Assembly: GCF_002113885.1 (NCBI RefSeq)
Contig: NW_018404728.1
Span: 147,539-211,538, forward strand
Origin: Mizuhopecten yessoensis
Lineage: Eukaryota
Length of the DNA: 64,000 nucleotides
Direction of reading: 5' to 3'
The position numbers were made by a program, and so were the translations under genes. This document shows, piece after piece, positions 25,050 through 39,302 of the stretch. The notes beneath the pieces were generated by a model. The model saw only the letters and a list, made by a program, of their open reading frames with translations. It searched no databases and was not told where the DNA came from. Position 1 is the stretch's first letter; each line of letters starts with the position of its first letter.

Positions 25050-25787
25050 GTTGATACCTGTAAAAAATGGAAAAATAAGAAGAATTTACAGTTTGTCATA
25101 TTAATCTGACATTAGTTCGTATGCGGAATATTCATTTTGTCTTAATAATCCATAATTACAGATATCATTCTTAATTGCATACAGTTGATGAACAACCTGA
25201 TTATATATTTTTTTAAACAGTGTTAGTTATAACAGACTGGCAGCCTTTAAAAAAACCGATGCGGATCATAGGTCGACAAATGTGGTAGCTTGCTATCGTG
25301 AGAGATGAACGACAGACAACCACACTACAGCTCACTCACACAAATGAAGGTCATTACACAGAGTACACAAGTGTAGAAATGTTCGCGTTGTAAAACTTTT
25401 CATTGATCGCTGTTTTCGAAATTTTCGCGCTGGTTATAGTTCTGAAATACATATATATCAGCTACTTAACAGCGGTCTAGATGCTTGTAATCTAAAGATA
25501 AATATTCTCGTGAGGATACTTTTGCGCTAGTTTATTCAATGCGGTAAACACAAACATTTCCGCTACGATAAAAAAGTTATCTTTTACAGCATAACGTACA
25601 TTATGTCGTTTCGACATTCCGGTCTAATTTTTGTCCTCGTTTGTTGATTTCATGAAATCCTAAATGAGTTTGTATTAATTATTTTTTCATATATTTTATG
25701 TTTGATAAACCTCTCTCTTGAATGCCATGGATCCCGCATACATATGGTTATACAATATAATCTAGATGCATCGGACGAACAGTGAAC

Positions 25788-26141
25788 GAACTTCAGCATT
25801 GATGATTATTAGATAGTATATATACTCAACTTCAGCATTGATGATTAATAGATCGTATATAGACTCAACTTCAGCATTGATGATTAATAGATAGTATATA
25901 GAGTCAACTTCAGCATTGATGATTAATAGATAGTAAATAGACTCAACTTCAGCATTGATGATTAACAGATAGTATATAGACTCAACTTCAGCATTGATAA
26001 TTAATAGATAGTATATAGACTCAACTTCAGCATTGATGATTAATAGATAGTATATAGACTCAACTTCAGCATTGATGATTAAAAGATAGTATATAGACTC
26101 AACTTCAGCATTGATGATTAATAAATTGTATATAGACTCAC
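25788..26141. repeat. 39-bp minisatellite, ~9 copies, beginning at the donor of the secreted-protein gene's first intron
   Basis: Unit ACTCAACTTCAGCATTGATGATTAATAGATAGTATATAG. Confidence 0.95.
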
Positions 26142-26205
26142 CTGAAGCTTTGAAATAACCGAAAAAAACTTTAACGGTGAAGTCAAGTATCCCTTTTTAT
26201 TATAA
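26142..26205 (-). promoter_or_regulatory. Putative TATA box and short non-coding exon 1 of the secreted-protein gene
   Basis: Minus strand TATAATAAAAAG at ~26204-26193, followed ~50 nt later by consensus donor CAG|GTGAGT (26141). It pairs with the acceptor 8 nt before the ATG. Confidence 0.6.
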
Positions 26206-26524
26206 ATTGATAATAGAATATAATTACTAAAGCATTCTGTAACTTTCTGTTTGCATTTAGTGGATTAAAACATTTTCCCTCTGATTCCGATGGCATCAAT
26301 ATTCCTGTGAATTCCAATTGATTGTAATATTGTACAAATATCTACTGAACCTATCTATTAACTTTTGATAAATATTTGTACTGTCTTCGTGTTTTGGTTT
26401 GGTTGACTATGAATGACAATAGACCTCATCAAACCCATCCTCGAAATTCCATGTGTTACGCTCACTTTCGCTCTCTACACCCCTTGAATATGTCATAGTA
26501 AAATTGAAGGCAAGAAGAAAGCTG

Positions 26525-26948
26525 TTTGATTGGTCCCAGGTAAAAAGAATCTGACCAGGCTGATACCTGTCCTTTGAAGATTAAAAAGGAGAGACGCCCG
26601 ACATCAAAGCCTCTCAGTTGTTACCGTTACGTGACCGCGAGATTCTTTTGATGTACATCGAAGGATCCAACTAATCTCCTTATCTCATCAACAAGGTGGC
26701 GCACACTGAGCCTTCAATTTTTTTGGACATATTCCAGGAGTGAAGAGAGCGAAAGTGAGCGTAACCCCTGGATATCGATGATGATGATAACCTGTTTGAT
26801 TGGTTTCAGGTAAAAACAACCCTGGTCAATCGCTAGACTGATACTTATCATTTGAAGAATACAGAGGAGCGACATCCGACCTAAAAGCTTGTCAATTTTA
26901 CCGTCGCGTAGTTGTTTTGATGTACATAAAAGGATCAAACTAGTCAAC
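26525..26948. repeat. Two diverged ~160-bp direct repeats (~26525-26680 and ~26792-26948)
   Basis: Shared blocks CTGTTTGATTGGT..CAGGTAAAAA, CTGATAC.T.TC.TTTGAAGA, and TTTTGATGTACAT..AAGGATC.AACTA. Confidence 0.6.
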
Positions 26949-27127
26949 TTGTATCATCAACATGATAGCACATACAGAGCCTCCGATTACGGCATGACAT
27001 ATTCCCAGCGTGTATTAAACATGGTTGAGCGTACCCTGCAATTTCGAAGTTGCATCTAGCATGGGTTGTGTTTTGCGATCGAATATCACATTTGTTTGCT
27101 ACACTTGTCAAACGTGTGATAATAAAG

Positions 27128-28796
27128 AAACCCTGCATGTGTATACCACACCGGAAAACATCAAAGATTTATAGGTAAAGTTATCACGCATGTAGCAATA
27201 GAGAAACCCTAGATATAAATATCACAGATTTATAGGTAAAGTTATCACACATGTAGCAATATAGAAACCCTACATGTAAATATCACAGATTTATAGGTAA
27301 AGTTATCACGCATGTAGCAATAGAGAAACCCTAGATGTGAATATCACAGATTTATAGGTAAAGTTATCACGCATGTAACAATATAGAACCCCTAGATGTA
27401 AATATCACAGATTAATAGGTAAAGTTATCACGCATGTTACAATATAGAAATCCTAGATGTAAATATCACAGATGTATAGGTTAAATTATCACGCATGTAA
27501 CAATATAGAAACCCTAGATGTAAATATCACAGATTTATAGGTAACTTTAGCACGCATGTAACAACATAGAAACCCTAGATGTAAATATCACAGATTCATA
27601 GGTAAAGTTATCACGCATGTTACAATATAGAAATCCTAGATGTAAATATCACAGATTTATAGTTAAAGTTATCACACATGTAACAATATAGAAACCCTAG
27701 ATGTAAATATCACAGATTTATAGGTAAAGTTATCACGCAAGTAACAATATAGAAACCCTACTTGTAAATATCACAGATTTATAGTTAAAGTTATCAGACA
27801 TGTAACAATATAGAAACCCTAGATGTAAATATCACAGATTTATAGGTTAAGTTATCACGCATATAACAATATAGAAACCCTAGATGCATATATCACAGAT
27901 TTATAGGTAAAGTTATCGCGCATGTAACAATATGAAAACCCTAGATGTAAATATCACAGATTTATAGGTTAAGTTATCACGCATATAACAATATAGAAAC
28001 CCTAGATGCATATATCACAGATTTATAGGTAAAGTTATCGCGCATGTAACAATATAAAAACCCTAGATGTAAATATCACAGATTTATAGGTTAAGTTATC
28101 ACGCATATAACAATATAGAAACCCTAGATGTAAATAAAACAGATTTATAGGTATAGTTATCACGCATGTAACAATATAGAAACCCTAGATGTAAATAAAA
28201 CAGATTTATAGGTATAGTTATCACGCATGTAACAATATAGAAACCCTAGATATAAATATCACATATTTATAGGTAAAGTTATCACGCATATAACAATATA
28301 GAACCCCTAGATGTATATATGACAGATTTATAGGTAAAGTTATCGCGCATGTAGCAATATAAAAACCCTAGATGTAAATATCACAGATTTATAGGTTAAG
28401 TTATCACGCATATAACAATATAGAAACCCTAGATGCATATATCACAGATTTATAGGTAAAGTTATCGCGCATGTAGCAATATAAAAACCCTAGATGTAAA
28501 TATCACAGATTTATAGGTTAAGTTATCACGCATATAACAATATAGAAACCCTAGATGTAAATATCACAGATTTATAGGTTAAGTTATCACGCATATAACA
28601 ATATAGAAACCCTAGATGTATATATCACAGATTTATAGGTAAAGTTATCGCGCATGTAACAATATAAAAACCCTAGATGTAAATATCACAGATTTATAGG
28701 TAAAGTTATCACGCATATAACAATATAGAAACCCTAGATGTAAATATCACAGATTTATAGGTAAAGTTATCACGCATGTTATACTATAAAACCCCT
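27128..28796. repeat. 61-bp minisatellite, ~27 copies
   Basis: Unit AAATATCACAGATTTATAGGTAAAGTTATCACGCATGTAACAATATAGAAACCCTAGATGT. Confidence 0.97.
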
Positions 28797-29148
28797 CAAT
28801 GAATATACCAACAGGTATTAATTTAGCTAACAGTAAAATACTAAGGCTGATGTCCAAATAAGAATTGTTCACCTACATTACAACATGTCAGTCTCTATGA
28901 CAACCGAGCTGAACGCTTTGACATGAAATGGGGGATACCTATTCCTTTTTAACCGTGGAGAGGCATACCGACCTCACATCAAGGAGGATGCACATGCGAA
29001 ACTGCTAATATCATAGTAGAATTTAACCAAACTAAACATGTTGTAGCAGAATGTGTATTTGAAAATGAAAGGTTAGTAACCTAGATTGATAAGTGAAGTT
29101 TACATGATATGACATTTAAAAATATGCAGTGATATTATATATGAGCAT

Positions 29149-29268
29149 TGGGTCCAATTGTATAAAATACCTCAACTCTTGAGATTTCCTCAAGTCTAAG
29201 ATTTTCCATAGACAATACATTGCTTGATATTTTCCTTAACTTTGAGATGTTTTATACAAGTGGGCCCA
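29149..29268. mobile_element. Short MITE
   Basis: TIRs TGGGTCCAATTGTATAAAA / TTTTATACAAGTGGGCCCA. Confidence 0.6.
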
Positions 29269-29719
29269 GACAGGATATAAACATTGCCAGTGAAAAGTGC
29301 TATAATGTTTTTAACATGACTGGCTTTTTGAAAACAAACACTAAATGTTGCAAAAGGACACTTTATACAAAGTTCATTCAGTCATCACGGTTACAGGGCC
29401 CTTGATTTTACTTTTAAAGACATGTCTCCGAAGCATTTTACTAAGATTTTTGTGGTTTCAACAAAACTAATCCTTTATTTTTGAAGCTGGTCTGCCTTGT
29501 CCACAGCTTGTAAAAGAGAAAATAAGCTCCGCATGACCTACCTATGTAAATAAACGTTTGATAATGTGCCATTTCCATGTTTTCAGACCGCTTAAGTGAT
29601 TGACATGTTATAATGCGAGTGAAATATGATTAAGAATACATTGGCCATAATGTCTTATTACGGACTAAGTTAACGTTGCTTTGTAGTATTTTAAATACTT
29701 CGATATAATATCAACTTAA

Positions 29720-29830
29720 TTTATTTTGGAACAATTATGAATCAAATTTGTGTAGCTTTCATTAATTACTCCTGTTGGCCTCGGATGTTAGCGTGCGGGG
29801 ATTCTTAATGTGCGCCACCCGCCCACCCTA
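29720..29830 (-). mobile_element. Internally deleted copy of the 4230-4472 SINE family
   Basis: Shares AACAATTATGAA, TGTTGGCC..GATGTTAGCG..CGGGG and the terminal CCACCCGCCCACCCT. Confidence 0.5.
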
Positions 29831-30360
29831 CACGTTCCGTATACCTAATTAACATATTTGGATTCTGAATGTTTGATAGGGGTCGCTTTCTATATGATTT
29901 ATCTGGTTGTTGAATGTTTGGATGACTACACCGTCTTTAAGTAGGCTTGTTGAGCCTTAATCGTTTTGTATTATGAAAAAAATAGTCATTTTTAAAAAAT
30001 TACAAAAAATGTTTCAACGATATAAAATAATCGAGAATAACAAAAAGCGTCAATATTAAAGACAAGGAGTCACTCAGAAGAGATCAACATGGAATTATAA
30101 GTCATCATTACAAAATGTTCAAGAGCCGAAATGAGATGACAGAATCAATAGTACGAAAATAAATGGCAACAATAAGAAATGAGAAGGCACACTGAAATCC
30201 CATACAAATCGGTGCGAATCTGTATGAATTTTCCCTATAAAGAAGTTTTCGTTACAGAAAAATAGTGTTGTAGGATATAAAATGATCTTTGTAAAGTTAT
30301 GATTAAAGAACGTAATATAAGAAAATCCTTTGAGGCTGTCTTTAAATCTCAGGGCCAAGC

Positions 30361-30580
30361 GGTTCTAAAACTTTCCATATGACAATGTTTTCGTAGAGAA
30401 TCATCACATGCAAAATTATGAGATTTTACCTCGTTTATTGACCAAATAAATAACCAGAGGTTGCAATTTGTCGTTAAATAGTGATTAGGTTATTTATTTG
30501 TTGAAATGTCAAGGTAAAATCTCTTAATTTTGCATATAATAATTATCGACGAAAATACTGCAATACGGACAGCTTTAACT
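30361..30580. mobile_element. Foldback/MITE with ~90-bp imperfect inverted arms
   Basis: ATGCAAAATTATGAGATTTTACCT...CAAATAAATAACC versus GGTTATTTATTTG...AGGTAAAATCTCTTAATTTTGCAT. Confidence 0.65.
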
Positions 30581-31612
30581 CAATTAATGATTATTTTTAT
30601 ATTTGACGTTTGATAACGGGGAGCTAGAGCTGTGGCGGGCGTGGGTAAAGTGAAAAACATAAGGAGACCTAATATCAAATCAACGGCAAATTGTAATAAA
30701 TAACACAAAAATAAAAGATAACAAAATGACGCCAAAATAATTATAAACGAATAATGTTTAAAAGTAATTTAGGGGTATGAAATCTCTCGTACGAAAGGAA
30801 ACTATTTGTTTAGGAGATTCGATCCCAGGGCCCCCAACCTGGGCAGTTCCTTCATTTTTATGAAAATAAATAAATACGGTCACTTGCTTAAAGAAAATAT
30901 GCTAATCATTGATTAATTTATGTGAACAACAGGACCTTAGTGTCAGTAACGTCAGGTGTCACGTGACAGTACAGGTATGGAAATGCGTATATCTGACTTA
31001 CCTGTATCCTCAAGTATATCACTTGTATATACAAGACAAGCTCCCTGGAAACTAGCTGCAGTCTTGTCTAGTGCCAAATGTCGAGCCGAAATTTGTGGAG
31101 ACACAGATAGTAGATTCAACAAGCCTTATATGCACCATCCAAAGCGAATGACGTCATATACAACAATAGCACGACGAATTATTGAAAAGATCATTTTTTT
31201 TCTTATTAAAAGTTTGAATGAAAAAAGAAATATGTGTTCCAATGCATTCAATACCACTGACTGTCCTTGCAAGAGCAGCGAAATTCAAAACCCACTGTCC
31301 CTCGCCAGTACAGGCCGGCACGGTGCATTTCCTAACTCACCCTCAGTGAAAAATGCATAAATCTTTCAAACCGTTTATCAAAAGCTTTTCATTTTCCGGT
31401 CGAATTCAGTACAAATATAATGTAGTATTTCAATAATTCAAGCTGTGAAATTATTTATAAATGACTTTCTATTATAATTTCTTTTATGCCATGATGGCAG
31501 TTAATTAAAAATTCCATAACCATTATCGTAAAATATATCGAACTGAAATTGATTCGATTGACGATATGGAATATCAATGGTTTGTATCGAAATTCGTAAT
31601 AACATCCATGCA

Positions 31613-32150
31613 TGGGTGCAGCTGGTGCTTTTAATATTGTTTTTAATGTTCGCAACTAGTTTGGTTTTGCCACGAGATAGTTTATTATAAGATTGTATTG
31701 ATACTTTTACTGAATATAGCAGCAAGCTACACTCGGTATTAACTGCCTTGTTATATTAAAATTAATATATAGCTTTAGCTGAAACAACACTGCTAAACAG
31801 TATCTGTAGAAAAGAATAACGATTTGTCTGGTACACTGGATACTTACGCCAAGTGTGCACACATAAGATGTAATGGTTATGATAAAAAAAACATTGTACT
31901 TTGACACGCACAGCCTTCAATCCCAATTTATTTTTACATCAGACAAAATGTTATTCAATTTTATTCTATTCTATATATACTGTAGCAGCTAAAGCTATAT
32001 GCTAGTTTTAATATAACAAGGCAGTTACTACTGAGTGTAGCTTGCTGCTATATTCAGTAAAAGTATCAATACAATCTTATAATAAACTATTTCGTTGCAA
32101 AAACAAACTAGTTACGAACATTTTTTTTTATTAAAAGCACCTGCTGCACC
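31613..32150. repeat. Long inverted repeat: ~170-bp arms (31613-31781, 31986-32150) around a ~200-bp spacer
   Basis: ATAGTTTATTATAAGATTGTATTGATACTTTTACTGAATATAGCAGCAAGCTACACTC has an exact reverse complement at ~32032-32090. Confidence 0.85.
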
Positions 32151-33039
32151 TAATAATACATGTTATTAATAATTTCTATACATACCATCGTCCCTGAATC
32201 TCGATAGATAGCTATAAGACCGAGGTATTTTAATATTGGTCAGAGGTCCTTATCACTCGACAGTTCACACTCGATCAATTGATGGCAGGAATCGAGAACT
32301 AAGACTAATGTGCAGGTCATTCAATGTTAACCTTGATTTTCGATTATATTGCCTTATTTGAAAAAAATGCATATCTCCCTATTAATAATTTTCAACTGAC
32401 TTCCACCTGTTGTGTTCTTTGCGAAGGATCACTAGCGCCTATACAGTTAAGGCATTGTAAAATATATCAGCCCTGTTTGTGTTGTATTATAGTGTATTAA
32501 TTACTGTTGTTTTTTCATGAATATTTTGCAACTTTATGAACGTGAAACAAACGTCTTCATTTACATGTTATTTCGTTTTATTGCTATAGTACAATCGGCA
32601 CATTCTTTATCTTAAATTGAAAAAAACACCTTTTTATTTTATAATGGTGTAATGACTCTTTAGTTATGGTGTTTTCCGTTTTTATTTGGTGTCCCCTCTC
32701 AGTTCCCGTTGTAGTTTTCCATATCGATTTTGTGACTTTTCTCATATACTGATAGTCTTTTCCGTTTTGATTTGTAGTCCCTCACATATTCTTATGGCGT
32801 TTTCCGTTTCGATTTGGTTTTACATCTCAATTCCTGTCGTTATCTTCCGTTTTGATTTGGTGCCCTTAACTTAGTTTCCCATTTGATTTCTCTTCAGTTC
32901 CTGATGTTGTCCGCCTTTTTGCTGTGCTTTCTGGTTAGTTCCTGGTATTATCTTTTTCATTAGGTGTCGTTTTTCATAACTGAGTTTGCCTACCCCTTTT
33001 GTTTTTGATGTTTCTATGGATGGTATCTTCCTTATCGTT

Positions 33040-33855
33040 TGGTGGTCCCTCAGTTCTTAGTTACCCCACAGTGTTCGTGTTGTGGTCCCTGAGTTCTTAG
33101 TTACCCCTTAGTGTTTGTTTTGTGGTCCTTGAGTTCTTAGTTACCCCTTAGTGTTTGTTTTGTGGTCCTTGAGTTCTTAGTTATCCCTTAGTGTAAGTTT
33201 TGTGGTCCTTGAGTTCTTAGTTACCCCTTAATGTTGGTTTTGTGGTCCCTTCAGTTCTTAGTTATCCCTTAGTGTAAGTTTGTGGTCCCCTCAGTTCTTA
33301 GTTACCCCTTAGTGTTGGTTTTGTGGTCCCCTCAGTTCTTAGTTACACATTAATGTTGGTTTTGTGGTCCCCTCAGTTCTTAGTTACCCCTTAGTGATTG
33401 TTTTGTGGTCCCCTCAGTTCTCAGTTACCCCTTAGTGATTGTTTTGTGGTCCCCTCAGTTCTAAGTTACCCCTTAATGTTGGTTTTGTGGTCCCCTCAGT
33501 TCTTAGTTACCCCTTAGTGATTGTTTTGTGGTCCCCTCAGTTCTTAGTTACCCCTTATTGTTGGTTTTGTGGTCCCCTCAGTTCTTAGTTACCCCTTAGT
33601 GATTGTTTTGTGGTCCCCTCAGTTCTTAGTTACCCCTTAGTGTTGGTTTTGTGGTCCCCTCAGTTCTTAGTTACCCCTTAGTGTTGGTTTTGTTGTCCCC
33701 TCGGTTCTTAGTTACCCAATAGTGTTGGATTTGTTGTCCCCTCGGTTCTTAGTTACCTCTTAGTGTTGGTTTTGTTGTCCCCTCGGTTCTTAGTTATCCC
33801 TTAGTGTTGGTTTTGTGGTCCCCCCAGTTCTTAGTTACCCCTTAGTGATTGTTTT
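33040..33855. repeat. 40-41-bp minisatellite, ~20 copies
   Basis: Unit GTGGTCCCCTCAGTTCTTAGTTACCCCTTAGTGTTGGTTTT. Confidence 0.96.
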
Positions 33856-34144
33856 TATCACAGTTGTAATTCCCAATCACTTAGAAACCTGGGATACGTA
33901 TACTTTCTTTTTTTCTGTGATGATTATTACTGTTTTATTATTAATATATGTGATTATCTCCCTTTACTTGTAATATAACATGTTATTGTTATTTTTACAT
34001 ATGTTTGTCGCAATAATAGATCTCAAGAGCTAATGTTCCTTGTTTACCTGTATGCGACGTTAAATAAAGTTTCTTGTATCTCGTATCTTGTATCTTGTAA
34101 TTCGAATTTTTGTTGTGGAACCACTGACACGACGTTAAGTTTTT

Positions 34145-34808
34145 GTTATGTGACCATCATTATGTGACCATTGTTTTGTGACCATTGTTTTGTGACCATT
34201 GATATGTGACCATTGTTTTGTGACCATTGTTATGTGACCATTGCTATGTGACCATTGTTATGTGACCATTGTTGTGACCATTGTTATGTGACCATTGTTA
34301 GGTGATCATTGTTTTGTGACCATTGTTTTGTGACCATTGTTTTGTGACCATTGTTATGTGACAATTGTTATGTGACCATTGTTTTGTGACCATTGTTATG
34401 TGATCATTGTTTTGTGACCATTGTTATGTGACCATTGTTGTGACCATTGTTATGTGACCATTTTTTTGTGACCATTGTTATGTGACAATTGTTATGTGAC
34501 CATTGTTTTGTGACCATTATTATGTGACATTGTTTTGTGACCATTGTTATGTGACCATTGTTTTGTGACCATTGTTATTCTGTGACCATTGCTATTATGT
34601 GACCATTGTTATGTGACATTGTTTTGTGACCATTGTTATGTGACCATTGTTATGTGATCATTGTTTTGTGACCATTGTTTTGTGACCATTGTTTTGTGAC
34701 CATTGTTATGTGACCATTGTGTTGTGACCATTGTTATGTGACCGTTGTTATGTGATCATTGTTATGTGACCATTGTTTTGTGACCATTATTTTGTGACCA
34801 TTGTTTTG
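34145..34808. repeat. 14-bp minisatellite, ~47 copies
   Basis: Unit TGTGACCATTGTT(A/T). Confidence 0.96.
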
Positions 34809-35329
34809 ACAACAATTTTTGTGGGATCACAGACTTGACATATAATTTTTGCTGTTACTCATCATCAAACTTACCAAGAGTGGGATATCTGTTTTGTATT
34901 TTAGGCATTGTCAATTCCAACGCATAAACAGGTAACATGCGGAACAAGATTAAAGTATCCGGAATTCGCAAATCCCAACAGACAGCGTTGTTGATGGTTC
35001 TCAAGATAATAAAAAACACTATGTGTCATACTTATTACTCAGCCCGTATTCCTGAAACTGTTTTCATGCTGAATTCAGATTAGGTGCTCAGGCCCAATTC
35101 CTTTTTTTCTAGTGATAACTTTAAAAAGAATAGACCCTTTGTCGATGATTTGGAAGAAATTCGGAAAGATTTAAAACCAAATACGGTATTTACACGTGAC
35201 CATGTGTTAGTCTCGATTTACAAGAAAGTTTGCTTGAGCATGGAATCCATGAAAAAGATCCATGAGAAAAGTTTTGTGAAAATTGTCCCTGACCGCGATG
35301 AATGTTTGAAATTATTTGAATTTTTTGGC

Positions 35330-36062
35330 AATGATCATTCCTCGTAGTCCCGGTGTTTCCTGACAATGATCTGTCCTTGAAGTCCCGGTGTTTCCTGTCA
35401 ATGATCTGTCCTTGAAGTCCCGATGTTTCCTGTCAATGATCTGTCCATGTAGTCCCGGTGTTTTCTGTCAATGATCTGTCCTTGAAGTCCCGGTGTTTCC
35501 TGTCAATGATCAGTCCTTGAAGTCCCGGTGTTTCCTGTCAATGATCAGTCCTTGAAGTCCCGGTGTTTCCTGTCAATGATATGTCCTTGAAGTCCCGGTG
35601 TTTCCTGACAATGATCTGTCCTTGTAGTCCCGGTGTTTCTTGTCAATGATCTGTCCTTGTAGTCCCGGTGTTTTCTGTCAATGATCTGTCCTTGAAGTCC
35701 CGGTGTTCCCTGTCAATGATCTGTCCTTGAAGTCCGGATGTTTCCTGTCAATGATCTGTCCATGTAGTCCCGGTGTTTTCTGTCAATGATCTGTCCTTGT
35801 AGTCCCGGTGTTTACTGTCAATGATCTGTCCTTGAAGTCCCGGTGTTCCCTGTCAATGATCTGTCCTTGAAGTCCGGATGTTTCCTGTCAATGATCTGTC
35901 CATGTAGTCCCGGGGTTTTCTGTCAATGATCTGTCCTTGAAGTCCCGGTGTTTCCTGTCAATGATATGTCCTTGAAGTCCCGGTGTTTCCTGACAATGAT
36001 CTGTCCTTGAAGTCCCGGTGTTTCCTGACAATGATCTGTCCTTGTAGTCCCGGTGTTTCCTG
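35330..36062. repeat. 35-bp minisatellite, ~21 copies
   Basis: Unit GTCCCGGTGTTTCCTGTCAATGATCTGTCCTTGAA. Confidence 0.96.
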
Positions 36063-38787
36063 TGGCGTTTGTGGGGGTGAAATAAACAACCCTATAAGAT
36101 ATATGCATTTCCATTTTCATATCTTCAACCCTCATTCTAAATTGAATGTTCTTTGTATTCATTGGTTTTTTTTTAACAACTGACACATCCGGGTACTCAA
36201 TGATAAATGAAAACGTGATTTGATTTCATCGCTTTAATAATCATGATAAATAAATAACGAATCAAAACAATCATAATTCATAACACAGAACACCACGTGA
36301 TCTATTGACAGAGGTATCATGGCACAGGGTCGAGGGTCACAGGTCAGCACTAACAGGGTCAGGAAAAAGTATAAAAATACGCTTACTCTACATTAACAAA
36401 GATTTCATCAATCAAATCAACAAAGGCTTCAACTATCATTGTTATTGAAATCACAATTACTACTCGGTAGTAAACTTTCACCAATCTCTACCAAGAGTTG
36501 TCGTTCCTTGCAAGTTTAAAGAAAGACAACCCTCGGCGGAGATTTGAGGCGCGGTGGCCATGGCAAAATCTCGATCTTGTTCGTCCGTCAGCGGACTTAA
36601 TTGAGACGTCACGTGATCAAGTAGGAAATGATTGAATTAACATTAAGAATGCATGTGCATAGAAATCTTCAATCATGATTTGTCAACAATATGATTTTGT
36701 AGTTTATATGGTTATGAAATATTAGATATTAAAGTTGCATTACATAATGTAGAAATCGATGAAAAGGGAGATATGCTGTCGGTGGGAGGAAGGAAGGAAG
36801 GGATACATTACCAAGCTAGGGTTTGGCGAGAACATCATTAGTGGTAAGTGGTTAAGTGGGAATTTCAAAATAGTGATGTTTAAAAGGATTTGTATTTTGT
36901 TGACAGAGATCGTACAAGGAATTGATTATACGACAAGGAAGCCAGAGGCAGAAGGTGTATATATATGATCATTTTAGTTGAGGTACGTGTGTTCTATAAA
37001 GTGTAGCACATAAACAAAATATATGATCTTATTTACAAAGTATGTCAATACGCGCAAGGCACTGCACCCCTCAATTCTCACATCAATGATTGTAATCACT
37101 GTGAACAAGGGGCATTTATTGTACTAATTAAAAAATATGCTGATGTGTAAATTAAGGTAGATAACGTACATGTTAACACCGTAATTAGATACTGCGTCAT
37201 CGCCAGTTTTACTCACACCTGGATTTGATTTACTCAGAGTTATCAGCTCAACGATTCGATTACAAAATTTTCAACATAAATGTTTTAAGGATGCCTATCG
37301 CAGTGCACTGTGTTTTCCCCTATATACTATAACCTTCCCTTAACTACTGTCTGGGTATAATAATATCACAGTTGGGCCAATTCCGTTGACCTGGTAGCTC
37401 AATCGGTTACAGCGATCCTATAACATTCTGAAGTCCAGGGTTGGGTGTAAAGGGTTTAACGTCATTTCTCATAAAAATCCGCAATGAATGGTATTCTTTT
37501 AAGTCATGCCGGACAAAATGTTTCTAATATTAAATACATTTTTCCGTGTTACGGGATCCTTAGAAACATTTTGCATTTTTCTTGAACCTGTCTGTAGGTG
37601 ATCATTTTGAATATCCATAGACAGAGTTTTAGTTTTATTTCAATGTATTTCGATATAAACATATAAAAACAATTTTTATTAAGAGGTCGTTAAGTTAACT
37701 AGGCCTCGGGGACCAGTCAGTATTAGTAAACAACCTGGGGACCAGTCGTTATCCCCTTTCCCATAACAATATTCGTGACTTCATGGGGCTTCACAGTGCA
37801 ATTTCCCGGTATCAATGACATTCTGCATAAATGGATTTCTATCCTCACTATTCAACTTTGTACTTAACGGCGTGTCTGCCACACCAGTGTAAACTTGGTT
37901 AAAGGTCAAGAGTCCTACCGACTCAAACTAATTAAATATATCATCGTTAGAATACAAAACAGACAAGATTTGGCAATAGCATTTGTACAGATTGGCATAT
38001 ATTCATTTTGCATCCATATATCCAGCAACAATGTTGCACAGTTTCCCGGGTGTTCTACAAGGTCAGCTTTAAACTACACTGCAGTTACGGTTAACGTCAG
38101 GACAACATTTCAAAATATAAAATTAAACACATTCATTCCAGAACATGACAAGAAACATGATGAAGGACTACCACAAGTGGTTCATTAAATGGTCAGCTAG
38201 TACCTAGTTTCGTTTTATGTTTGTTCAAAGTGTCTCCTTTGTGTAATGATGTTGTCTTTTTTACTGATTTGAATTGTTCATAGTTTGTATTTTATCTTGT
38301 TGTGTTGACTTTCGGTGTATTTTATCCTTAGGAATTGATAACGTGGAATAACGATATTTTTAATGTTGATATTGCTATATATTTATCCCTGTGAATTGAT
38401 ACTGTGGTTTATTCTACATTGTGTGTTGACGCTGTGGTAGATTTTGTCGTTGTTTGTCAAAGTTGAGGTATATTTCGTACTTATCTGTCCACACAGAAGT
38501 GAAATTGTCCTGGAATGTTGACGCTGTGGTGTATTTTGTCTTTGTAATAATGCTATGTCGTATCTTTTCATGTGTGTTGATGATGTGGTTTATTTTGACA
38601 TTGTGTGATGACGCTGTTTGTCCTTGTTTATCCATGCTGTGGTCAATTTGTCCTTTAATGATTGACGCTTTTGTGTATTTTGTCTCTGCATGAACGATTT
38701 CATATGATGTTTTCCTTGTGTGTTGACGTTGTATATTTTGTTGTTATACGATAATGCTGCATACAACTTTGTATTTATTGTCATTGT

Positions 38788-39302
38788 TTATTGCTGCTAT
38801 ATTGTGGTATAACTTGATTGTTGACATTGTGTAATGCTGCTATATTGTGGTATAACTTGATTGTTGCCATTGTGTAATGCTGCTATATTGTGGTATAACT
38901 TGATTGTCGACATTGTGTATTGCTGCTATATTGTGGTATGACTTGATTGTTGACAATGTGTATTGCTGCTATATTGTGGTATAACTTGATTTTTGACATT
39001 GTGTATTGCTGCTATATTGTGGTATAACTTGATTGTTGACATTGTGTATTGCTGCTATATTGTGGTATAACTTGATTGATGACATTGTTTATTGCTGCTA
39101 TATTGTGGTATGACTTGATTGTTGACATTGTGTATTGCTGCTATATTGTGGTATAACTTTGTATTTATTGTCATTGTGTATTGCTGCTATATTGTGGTAT
39201 GACTTGATTGTTGACATTGTGTATTGCTGCTATATTGTGGTATAACTTGATTGTTGACATTGTGTATTGCCGCTATATTGTAGTACAACTTGATTGTTGA
39301 CG
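38788..39302. repeat. 43-bp minisatellite, ~12 copies, with a degenerate related zone from ~38270
   Basis: Unit ATTGCTGCTATATTGTGGTATAACTTGATTGTTGACATTGTGT. Confidence 0.94.

Noticed and set aside
23855-25104. Overlapping ORFs (Q/K/R-rich 202 aa; poly-Leu; SAFA repeats)
   Set aside because: Alternative-frame and antisense shadows of the 377-aa secreted protein, which alone has a signal peptide and splice context.
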